Shown here piece after piece: positions 8,560 to 15,951 of a stretch of 32,000 nucleotides of DNA. The stretch comes from an uncultured bacterium (lineage in GTDB: Bacteria; Margulisbacteria; WOR-1; CAVSGV01), in contig OY969425.1 in NCBI GenBank assembly GCA_963699255.1, positions 1,020,001 through 1,052,000 of the forward strand, given 5' to 3'. Below the pieces are notes generated by a model, which had not been told where the DNA came from, searched no databases, and saw nothing but the letters and a program-made list of their open reading frames with translations. Positions within the stretch are counted from its first letter, which is position 1. Each line of letters begins with the position of its first letter. Both the position numbers and the translations under genes were made by a program.

Positions 8560-9414
8560 TTACTTTACCAGCATCGTCCCTATTCCGCGGGTGGTGAATA
8601 TCTCCAGCAGAAGCGAGTGGGGCAGTTTTCCGTCGATTATGTGGACGCGCGCGACGCCGGACAAGATCGCGTCCAGTCCGTAGCTGACCTTGGGTATCAT
8701 CCCGCCGGAGATGGTGCCTTTGTCTATCAGGCCCTGTGCGCTGGAAGAATTTATTTCCGATATCAACTTCCCGTCCTTATCCAGCACGCCGGAAACATCG
8801 GTCATGAGCACAAGCTTGTCGGCCTTCATAAGTTTCGCGATCGTACCGGCGGCAGTATCGGCATTTATGTTGTAGAGCTTGTTGTCCGGCCCTATCCCCA
8901 CCGACGAAATAACGGGTATCTTCCCCAGTTTCAATACTTTCAGGAGTTTAGACTTTTTTATCTTGTCAACTTCGCCCACATAGCCGATATCGACTTTTCC
9001 GTTCACCAGGAGTTTTTTGGCCTTTATAAGGAATCCGCGCCGTCCGGCGAACTGCACAGGCCGTCCTCCGTGCTTCTTAACGATTTTCGCTACTTCGCGA
9101 TTAACTTTCCACAATGCCTTGTCAACAACCTGCATGGTCTCGATCCCGGTCTTGCGGAACCCCATGACGAATTCAACCTTGATCTTCTTTTTCTCAAGGA
9201 GTTTGTTTATCTCTTTTCCGCCCCCATGGACCAGGACGATCCTGATCCCGATCAGGTTGAGAAGCACGATATCCTGAAGGACCTTATCTTTTAATTCCGG
9301 GTCCGTCATTGCCGCGCCGCCGTATTTGACCACAAAAAGCTTCCCGTGGAACTTCTGAAGATATGGAAGCGCCTCTATAACCGCTTCCGCTCTTTTTATT
9401 AAAAATTTATACAT
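8560..9414 (-). CDS. argB: acetylglutamate kinase
   Basis: KLFVVKYGGAAM nucleotide-binding N-terminus, VLVHGGG, NINADTAAG, and an amino-acid kinase fold throughout. Lies in argC-argJ-argB order. Confidence 0.95.
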   Translation of the reverse strand: MYKFLIKRAEAVIEALPYLQKFHGKLFVVKYGGAAMTDPELKDKVLQDIVLLNLIGIRIVLVHGGGKEINKLLEKKKIKVEFVMGFRKTGIETMQVVDKALWKVNREVAKIVKKHGGRPVQFAGRRGFLIKAKKLLVNGKVDIGYVGEVDKIKKSKLLKVLKLGKIPVISSVGIGPDNKLYNINADTAAGTIAKLMKADKLVLMTDVSGVLDKDGKLISEINSSSAQGLIDKGTISGGMIPKVSYGLDAILSGVARVHIIDGKLPHSLLLEIFTTRGIGTMLVK

Positions 9415-9455
9415 TCTCCTCTTTCTCCTCTAGCTCTTCTAGCTCCTCTATTTTA

Positions 9456-10652
9456 CTAAGTGTGATACTCCGCGTTTATCTTCACGTAATCGTACGTCAA
9501 ATCGCATCCCCAGACGGTGGCAGCGCCTGTTCCCTGCCCGAGATGTATATTTATCAGTATCTCCTTGCCCTTAAGGTGTTTTTTCGCGTCATTCTGGTCG
9601 AAAAACACCGCCTTGCCGCCGTTAACGACAAGAAGGCTCCCGATATAGACATTCACCTTGTCCTGTTCGATGTCCGCGCCGGAATAACCCACCGCCGCCA
9701 TGATACGGCCAAAGTTCGGGTCCTCCCCGAATATCGCGGTTTTCACAAGGTCCGATCCGGCCACCGCTCTCGCGGCAAGCTTGGCGTCGTTCATTGATCT
9801 CGCCCCGGCCACCCTCACTTCTATCAATTTGGTCGCCCCCTCGCCATCCCGCGCGATCTCCTTCGCCAGATACACGCAGACAAGTTCCAGCGCCTGCTTG
9901 AAAGCTTTTTCATCACTGCCCTTTAAGGCCCTGTTCTTCGCCATGCCGTTAGCAAGGATAAAAACGCAGTCATTCGTGGAAGTATCCCTGTCAACGACCG
10001 TCATGTTGAACGACTTGTCGACCGCTTCCTTCAGATAAATTTTCAATTTGGATGATGGGATCTCCGCATCGGTCGTTATGAACGCGAAAAGCGTTGCCAT
10101 GTTGGGAGCGATCATACCCGATCCTTTTGCGATCCCGCCTATCGTGATGGCTGCACCGCCCGCTTTCAGCTTTACCGTGATCTCTTTTCTTCTCGTATCC
10201 GTAGTAAGTATCGCGTCCGCGGCCTCCCCTCCCCCTGCCTGCGACAGCTTTTTTGACAGCATCCTGATGCCGTTCAAAATGTTCTTCAATGGAAGTCTTG
10301 AACCGATGGTCCCCGTAGAGGCAACAAGAACATTTTCGCGGTTGATATTAAGCGCGCTCGCGACCGCCTTCGCCATTATCTGGGCGTCCTCAAGCCCCTC
10401 GCTGCCCGTGCAGGCGTTGGCACAGCCTGAATTAGCGATTATCGCCTGGGCTTTGCCGCTCTTTATATGGTCCATGCTCACAAGGATGGGAGCAGCTTTA
10501 ACAGCATTGCAAGTGAAGGTTGCCGCCGCATTCGCCGGAATTTCAGAGTAGATAAGCGCGATGTCTTTCTTGCCGGATCTTTTTATCCCGCAGTGCATCC
10601 CTGAAGCTTTAAAACCTTTCGGTGCCGTTACGCCCCCATTAACTTTTTTCAT
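9456..10652 (-). CDS. argJ: bifunctional ornithine acetyltransferase / N-acetylglutamate synthase
   Basis: Full-length ArgJ pattern, including the self-cleavage region PNMATLFAFITTDA and a C-terminal DLTYDYVKINAEY(H)T. Overlaps argC by 4 nt. Confidence 0.95.
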   Translation of the reverse strand: MKKVNGGVTAPKGFKASGMHCGIKRSGKKDIALIYSEIPANAAATFTCNAVKAAPILVSMDHIKSGKAQAIIANSGCANACTGSEGLEDAQIMAKAVASALNINRENVLVASTGTIGSRLPLKNILNGIRMLSKKLSQAGGGEAADAILTTDTRRKEITVKLKAGGAAITIGGIAKGSGMIAPNMATLFAFITTDAEIPSSKLKIYLKEAVDKSFNMTVVDRDTSTNDCVFILANGMAKNRALKGSDEKAFKQALELVCVYLAKEIARDGEGATKLIEVRVAGARSMNDAKLAARAVAGSDLVKTAIFGEDPNFGRIMAAVGYSGADIEQDKVNVYIGSLLVVNGGKAVFFDQNDAKKHLKGKEILINIHLGQGTGAATVWGCDLTYDYVKINAEYHT

Positions 10653-11659
10653 GGATATATCGGCAGAAGCTTAAGACCCGCCGTTTCCTGCAGTCCGAAC
10701 ATTATGTTCATGTTCTGGAGAGCCTGTCCGGAAGCCCCTTTTATAAGGTTGTCTATCGCGGACAGAACAATGACAGTGTTCGTGCGCTTGTCGTATTTGA
10801 CCGCGATGTCGCAGTAATTCGCCCCGTAAACATTTTTCGTTGACGGCAGCTTCTGGTCAAGCACGCGGATGAAAGGTTTTCCCTTGTAGAAATCCTTATA
10901 GATCCTGGTAAGTTTGGCTTCATCGATAGCTTTGCCCGCCTTCGCATAGATCGTCGATAATATTCCGCGCGTCATCGGGATGAGATGAGGCGTGAACGTT
11001 ATCTTTGCGCCAAGTTCCTGTTCGATCTCCGGGATGTGGCGGTGCGCGGCGACCTTATATGCGGACACCCCTTCGTTGCAATTAGGGAAATGCGTTTCAT
11101 CGGTCAAGGCTTTACCTGCTCCGGATATCCCGGATTTGGCGTCCACAACAATGCTGTTCAGGTCGATCAGTCCTTCTTTTACAAGCGGATAAAGACCCAG
11201 TATCGATGCCGTGGCATAACAGCCTGGATTTGCGACCAGGTCGGCGCCTTTCACATTTTCGATCTCGGGAAGCCCGTATACCGCTTTCGCCAAAAGATCC
11301 TTGCTTGCGTGGTCCATCTTGTACCATTCCTTGAAGACAGCCGCGTCCTTGAAACGGTAATCTGCGCTAAGATCTATGACTTTCGCTCCGGATTTAAGGA
11401 GCTTCGGGGCAATGTTCATCGCCATCCCGTTAGGAAGAGCAAGGAACACGACATCCGCCCCGGACAGCTTGTCAACTTCGGGCGCCTTGTAGGAAAGGTC
11501 CAGCACCCCTTCCAGATGAGGGTATACATCCGATATTTTCTTCCCTTTGTGAGTCTCAGAGGTTACAAAGGCGAGTTCCGCCTCCGGATGGCGCGTCAGC
11601 AACCCTACAAGTATCGTCCCCGTATAACCCGATCCCCCCATTATTCCAGTTTTTATCAT
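10649..11659 (-). CDS. argC: N-acetyl-gamma-glutamyl-phosphate reductase
   Basis: N-terminal GGSGYTG Rossmann motif and catalytic-Cys motif PGCYATA. SD GAGGAGG lies 9 nt upstream of the ATG. Confidence 0.95.
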   Translation of the reverse strand: MIKTGIMGGSGYTGTILVGLLTRHPEAELAFVTSETHKGKKISDVYPHLEGVLDLSYKAPEVDKLSGADVVFLALPNGMAMNIAPKLLKSGAKVIDLSADYRFKDAAVFKEWYKMDHASKDLLAKAVYGLPEIENVKGADLVANPGCYATASILGLYPLVKEGLIDLNSIVVDAKSGISGAGKALTDETHFPNCNEGVSAYKVAAHRHIPEIEQELGAKITFTPHLIPMTRGILSTIYAKAGKAIDEAKLTRIYKDFYKGKPFIRVLDQKLPSTKNVYGANYCDIAVKYDKRTNTVIVLSAIDNLIKGASGQALQNMNIMFGLQETAGLKLLPIYP

Positions 11660-11684
11660 TTAATGAAACCTCCTCGATTTTCGT

Positions 11685-11712
11685 GGAACCTGCGACTAAA
11701 CGTCGCGGTTCC
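11685..11712. repeat. REP-like palindromic element, copy A1 (GGAACC t GCGAC taaac GTCGC GGTTCC)
   Basis: 28-nt imperfect palindrome, 27/28 identical to 22353-22380. Confidence 0.8.
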
Positions 11713-11729
11713 TTACCATTCAATTACGA

Positions 11730-11759
11730 GGAAGCCGCGAAGTTCATTCGCAGGCTTCC
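11730..11759. repeat. REP-like palindromic element, copy B1 (GGAAGCC GCGAA gttca TTCGC a GGCTTCC)
   Basis: Same architecture as 22389-22418 (outer 6-7 bp stem, inner 5 bp stem, TTYA-type loop, single bulged A). Inverted relative to copy A1. Confidence 0.7.
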
Positions 11760-11764
11760 GGGCT

Positions 11765-12304
11765 TTAATGAAACCTCCTCACACGGAACTTTTGGATCTC
11801 TATCGGCTCATCATCCCCTATCCACGCTTTCCGCCTGCAGATAGCTATTTGATTTTCCGGAGTATCCACTCCTTCAAGGTCCGGAAGCAAAAGCCCCCGT
11901 CTTCCCTTGCTGTGCACTATTATACCGTATTTTTTCGGGTCGAGCTCATCGATATTGTCGACCGGCTCCGGCATTGTCAAAACATCGACCGAAATCTCAA
12001 GCTCCGGAATTTCCTCTTTTGTCAGCGGAGGGAACCTGGGGTCTCTTGTCGATGACTCAATCGCATTTGAAATGATCTCTTCCGCCACATTTGCTTTTGT
12101 GGGGAGGAACGTCCCTATGCAACCCCTCAGCTGGCCTCTCTTGTGAAGTGAAACGAACACTCCGGCTTTCTCTTTTAATTCCGCGGGGAGGTCCGGTGGA
12201 GGGACAATCCTTTTCCCCTCGCTTAGGTAAGCTTCTATGGCTTTTCCGGCCAGATCAACTTGCCATGAAGAGTTATTCTTCATGGCTGGCGGGCTTGACA
12301 TCAA
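11765..12304 (-). CDS. AMMECR1-domain protein (AmmeMemoRadiSam system protein A-like)
   Basis: LRGCIGT motif, RDPRFPP, and typical length (~180 aa). The start may instead be the Met at 12283. Confidence 0.85.
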   Translation of the reverse strand: MMSSPPAMKNNSSWQVDLAGKAIEAYLSEGKRIVPPPDLPAELKEKAGVFVSLHKRGQLRGCIGTFLPTKANVAEEIISNAIESSTRDPRFPPLTKEEIPELEISVDVLTMPEPVDNIDELDPKKYGIIVHSKGRRGLLLPDLEGVDTPENQIAICRRKAWIGDDEPIEIQKFRVRRFH

Positions 12305-13118
12305 AAGTGGCTACCATGTATCCCACGCCGAACGGGCCTTCATATGATAGGACCTCCGGCGTGACATCCAGGCCTTTCAGCGCTCCCATAAGGATCACGA
12401 TCGACCTGAACCCGCATTCCCCCGCGGCCTCGATCAAATTCGGGTCCATGCTCAGTATGCCTTCGGCATCATTTTTACCGGCCAGCCTAACGATCTCCTC
12501 GTCGAATTTTTTCCCTTCGGGGTTGAAGCCCGCCGGGGCATCCGGCGTCAGCCTGTGAGAAAGGTCGCCGCTTGCGATAACAGCCACTTTTTTACCGAGT
12601 TTATCCGAAGCCGTCCTTATGACTTCCCCAAAACTATAAAGATCTTTATACGGAAGAAATGCCAAAGCGATCGGGACTATCGGTTTCTTGAACGAAGCCA
12701 GTGTCGGATAATACAACGGGACGACCACTCCATGATCAAGCAGTGTTTCCGCGATCTGCGATACTTCCATGTTCTGCTTTCTTGCTTCTTTTATGATCTC
12801 ATTGCCGAGAAGCGCATCACCCTTGAAAGAAAAGACGGGTTTATCCGCGCCGAAATATCCAAGGTTACCCTCAAAAATATGGCTGACATAAACCGGTATC
12901 GAGACCTGTGACACGTTCCCGTGAGGAGTGATTATAACAACGGAATCGATATCTTTGGCTTTGAGCCTCTTCCCGACCTCCTCAAGCGCCTTCTTCGTTT
13001 TGCTTACCTCTTTTACACGGGTTCCTCCCACCGCCGGAACTATGACGGGAGGATGAGGCATTATCGCGCCGTAAACTATCGCCAATAAAAACACCAGCCT
13101 TTCAGGACAATTACACAA
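12273..13118 (-). CDS. class III extradiol dioxygenase subunit B-like (LigB/Memo superfamily) protein
   Basis: MPHPP near the N-terminus, ITPHG, and GDLSHRL are the His-containing motifs of the LigB fold. Pairing with AMMECR1 is a known association. The track start at 13118 is TTG; the true start could be further downstream, up to the ATG of MPHPP. Confidence 0.75.
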   Translation of the reverse strand: MCNCPERLVFLLAIVYGAIMPHPPVIVPAVGGTRVKEVSKTKKALEEVGKRLKAKDIDSVVIITPHGNVSQVSIPVYVSHIFEGNLGYFGADKPVFSFKGDALLGNEIIKEARKQNMEVSQIAETLLDHGVVVPLYYPTLASFKKPIVPIALAFLPYKDLYSFGEVIRTASDKLGKKVAVIASGDLSHRLTPDAPAGFNPEGKKFDEEIVRLAGKNDAEGILSMDPNLIEAAGECGFRSIVILMGALKGLDVTPEVLSYEGPFGVGYMVATFDVKPASHEE

Positions 13119-13210
13119 TTAACAATTAAACAATGAACAATTAGTGTGTGCTCCGCACATATTAATAATAATTCCTTAATTGGTCATTGTGTCATTGGTC
13201 ATTGTTAATT
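13113..13210. repeat. inverted arrays of ATTG-type heptamers in a divergent promoter region
   Basis: Left arm ACAATTA ACAATTA AACAATG AACAATT (13113-13145). Right arm TTGGTCATTG TGTCATTG GTCATTG TTAATT (13180-13210), which contains ATTGGTCATT twice (13179-13188 and 13194-13203). Confidence 0.6.
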
Positions 13211-13218
13211 CCCTTTTA

Positions 13219-13227
13219 TGATATAAT
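13219..13227 (+). promoter_or_regulatory. extended -10 promoter element (TGaTATAAT) for the phosphohexomutase gene
   Basis: TG at 13219-13220, then one nt, then TATAAT at 13222-13227, about 80 nt upstream of the ATG at 13306. No good -35. Confidence 0.45.
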
Positions 13228-13305
13228 ACTTTAAATTTAACTTCAAGCCCTTCGCCTTCGCTCAGGACAAGCCTTTCGAAGGAACAGGGTAACAAAAAGG
13301 ACCAT

Positions 13306-14655
13306 ATGACATTAATAATAAGCATCTCCGGTGTTCGCGGTATCAGCGACACAGACCTGACAGACAAAGTCATATCCGATTTCTCGCGGGCATTTGCCGC
13401 CTGCGTAAAAAAAGGGACCGTTGTCATAGGCCGGGACCCGAGGTCTTCCGGCGAAAAGATCAAAGACACCGTTATCTCCGAACTGAACAGATCCGGGCTC
13501 GATGTCGTATATCTGGGAATATGCCCTACCCCGACCGTCCAGCTGATGGTAAAGGAGCTGAAAGCCGACGGCGGGATGATCATTACCGCAAGCCATAATC
13601 CCGCGCAGTGGAACGGCCTGAAATTCGTAAGGCGTGACGGCATATTCCTGAATGCGGATGAAGCGGATGCCCTCATAAAGATCTACGAAAACAAGAAATT
13701 TCCTCCCTCAAATAAGACCGGCGCCATAAAGATCCACAAAGCCCCTTTTGACGCCCACATAAAAAAGGTCCTTGAATGTGTTGATGTCCTGTCGATAAGA
13801 AAAAGGAAATTCAAGGTCGTCATCGATAGTTGCAACGGCGCGGGTTCGAAGATCACCGTGAAGCTCCTTAAAGAACTCGGCTGCGAAGTCATCGAGTTAT
13901 ACACGGACCTGAACAGGACATTCCCTCATAACCCCGAACCGGTCCCCGAAAACTTGAATGACTTATGTTCAAAGGTCAAGGTATCCGGCGCGGACATCGG
14001 GTTCGCGCAGGACGCGGACGCGGACAGATTGGCCATTGTCACAGATAAAGGGATCGCGCCCGGAGAAGAATATACACTTGCGATAGCTGTTGACCACGTG
14101 CTGTCCGGCATACGGCATCCGGTATCAGGTATCAGGGCTCTGGTGGTCACGAATCTATCTACAAGCATGATGATAGATGACGTGGCAAGAAAATATAACG
14201 CCGCGGTCATAAGGACCAAGATCGGCGAGGTCAATGTCGCCGAGGAAATGGTCAAGCAAAAGACTGTTATCGGCGGGGAAGGCAACGGCGGCGTCATGTA
14301 CCCCAGGGTCGGCTACAACCGCGACAGCCTGATCGGCATAGGCATCATCCTTGACGCTCTTTCCGCATCCGGTAAAAGCATTTCTTCCATTATTGACAGC
14401 CTGCCGCAATATTCGATCGTAAAGAAAAAAGTGGATTGTTCATCAAAAGCCGAAGCGGATTCTATGATACAAAAAGTGAGATCGAAATTTTCAGGCGAAA
14501 ACCTTGATCTTACGGAAGGAATAAAGATCCTTTTTAAGAACGCCTGGGTGCACGTAAGGGCTTCAAATACGGAACCGATCATCAGGATCATCGCGGAGGC
14601 AGAAAGCAAGAACAGGGCGCTGGAGCTGATAAATAAGGTAATTGAAATGGATTAA
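13306..14655 (+). CDS. phosphohexomutase (phosphoglucosamine mutase / phosphomannomutase family)
   Basis: Active-site TASHNPAQWNG, metal-binding loop GFAQDADADR, sugar-binding GEGNGG, and phosphate-binding RASNTEP. Confidence 0.9.
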   Translation: MTLIISISGVRGISDTDLTDKVISDFSRAFAACVKKGTVVIGRDPRSSGEKIKDTVISELNRSGLDVVYLGICPTPTVQLMVKELKADGGMIITASHNPAQWNGLKFVRRDGIFLNADEADALIKIYENKKFPPSNKTGAIKIHKAPFDAHIKKVLECVDVLSIRKRKFKVVIDSCNGAGSKITVKLLKELGCEVIELYTDLNRTFPHNPEPVPENLNDLCSKVKVSGADIGFAQDADADRLAIVTDKGIAPGEEYTLAIAVDHVLSGIRHPVSGIRALVVTNLSTSMMIDDVARKYNAAVIRTKIGEVNVAEEMVKQKTVIGGEGNGGVMYPRVGYNRDSLIGIGIILDALSASGKSISSIIDSLPQYSIVKKKVDCSSKAEADSMIQKVRSKFSGENLDLTEGIKILFKNAWVHVRASNTEPIIRIIAEAESKNRALELINKVIEMD

Positions 14656-14657
14656 GT

Positions 14658-14709
14658 CGCAGAGATAAACTCTGCTCTCATTATACAAAGAGCAGAGCTT
14701 GTCTCTGCG
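14658..14709. terminator. long hairpin between convergent genes (candidate bidirectional terminator)
   Basis: CGCAGAGA-taaa-CTCTGCTCT, loop cattatacaa, AGAGCAGAG-cttg-TCTCTGCG. Lies between the mutase stop (14655) and the regulator stop (14717). Confidence 0.6.
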
Positions 14710-14716
14710 GGTCTTG

Positions 14717-15916
14717 TTATCCCTTTAGTTCCCCCAATATCCTCGATTTGGGTATATCAAGAAGGTTTGCCGCCATGTCTTCCGACCCGGTCTTTTTGTG
14801 GAAAATATTCACAAGGCCTTTTTCAACTATATTTTTAAAATCCAACAGGTTCTCCGTCTGCGAGGACTGCAGGTTCTCATAGACCATTTTACTCCCCAGC
14901 TGGATATCCTTAAGTGTAATTTCGCCGCTTTCACAGGCAATGACGGCGTTCTCAATGACGCACTCCAGCTCGCGGTAATTTCCGGGCCAGCCGTAGTCGC
15001 ATATCATCTTTAGAGCATCGAAGCTTATGCCGTCAATAATCTTGCCGTATTTTGCCGAATATCTGTCGATGCAGGCCATCAGGATATCCGGCATGTCTTC
15101 CTTTCTTTCTCTTAAGCCGGGAACGATTATCTTTTCCCAGTCAACGAACGCCTCGCTATCGCCAAGCTCCTGAACGCCGGCTATTACGGTTAAATTCCCC
15201 TTCAACGACTTGCTCTTTATGTAATCCAAAATGCTCGCCCGGTGTTTTTCGTCGGCGGCGCCGAATCTCTCGAAATAAATAATATCCGAGGAAGCAAGGG
15301 CTTCCTGGAGCACCATCCAGAATATGTTTTCAAGGCTTTCCTTCCTGAAAACCAGCATATCGATCGTGGTCAGCTTTCTGCCCCTGCCGGAACAATCTCG
15401 CACGATCCTCACCAGGCTTGAAATGTCTATCCCGGCCTCGGAAACAAAAAGGATGTTCTTTCTGTCTCTTACAGCGAGCTCGAGATTTTTGAACAGCGTC
15501 CTTATCTTATTACCGCTGCCGGAAAGCCACCCGCCGGGCCGGCATGTGATCCTTATTTCGCCCTCCCCGCGCGACAGATTGCTCTTGACCGAGCCAAGCA
15601 GTCTTTCGCTTAAAGCGGGCTTCCTTATGAAATCGGCCACGCCGATCTTAGAGGCTTCTACGGCTTCGGGTATCGTAACAGTTGAAGAGAGCATTATGAC
15701 GGCGGATGCCGGTGACAGCTTTTTTATTTCTTTGTACAAAGAAAGCCCCGACACTTCCTTCATATCGCAGTCAATGACGGTAAGTATGCCGGGGATCTCT
15801 CCGGCCTTTTTTAGAACTTCGCTGCGGCTTGAAGCTGTGTCTATATCATAGGATTCCTTTAGGGTGGACATGACCGCCGGATCGCTGCTTAACACCAATA
15901 TATTGTTTTTTTTCAT
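14717..15916 (-). CDS. NtrC-family response regulator with degenerate AAA+ (sigma-54 activator-like) domain and C-terminal Fis-type HTH
   Basis: Receiver domain (VIDCDM, IMLSS, FIRKP). C-terminal EBP signatures GLRERKEDMPDIL and WPGNYRELECVIENA. HTH AANLLDIPKSRIL. Walker A is replaced by VSEAGIDI (nt 15422-15445), no GAFTGA loop is present, and Walker B DE is replaced by FERF. Confidence 0.8.
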   Translation of the reverse strand: MKKNNILVLSSDPAVMSTLKESYDIDTASSRSEVLKKAGEIPGILTVIDCDMKEVSGLSLYKEIKKLSPASAVIMLSSTVTIPEAVEASKIGVADFIRKPALSERLLGSVKSNLSRGEGEIRITCRPGGWLSGSGNKIRTLFKNLELAVRDRKNILFVSEAGIDISSLVRIVRDCSGRGRKLTTIDMLVFRKESLENIFWMVLQEALASSDIIYFERFGAADEKHRASILDYIKSKSLKGNLTVIAGVQELGDSEAFVDWEKIIVPGLRERKEDMPDILMACIDRYSAKYGKIIDGISFDALKMICDYGWPGNYRELECVIENAVIACESGEITLKDIQLGSKMVYENLQSSQTENLLDFKNIVEKGLVNIFHKKTGSEDMAANLLDIPKSRILGELKG

Positions 15917-15951
15917 GCTTTTATATGGCCTTCATGCCATTATATCATCCG

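Noticed and set aside
8533-9294. 253-aa plus-strand ORF (with nested 8690-8875 and 9017-9277 ORFs).
   Set aside because: It is antisense to the well-supported argB gene, has an odd composition and no motifs, and is a typical shadow ORF.
10985-12055. 356-aa plus-strand ORF.
   Set aside because: It is antisense to argC and the AMMECR1 gene and spans their intergenic repeat. It is R/F/P-rich nonsense-like sequence, consistent with a shadow ORF.
13176-13676. 166-aa minus-strand ORF ending in MTNDTMTN.
   Set aside because: It is antisense to the phosphohexomutase gene, and its C-terminus is simply the translation of the GTCATTG heptamer repeats.
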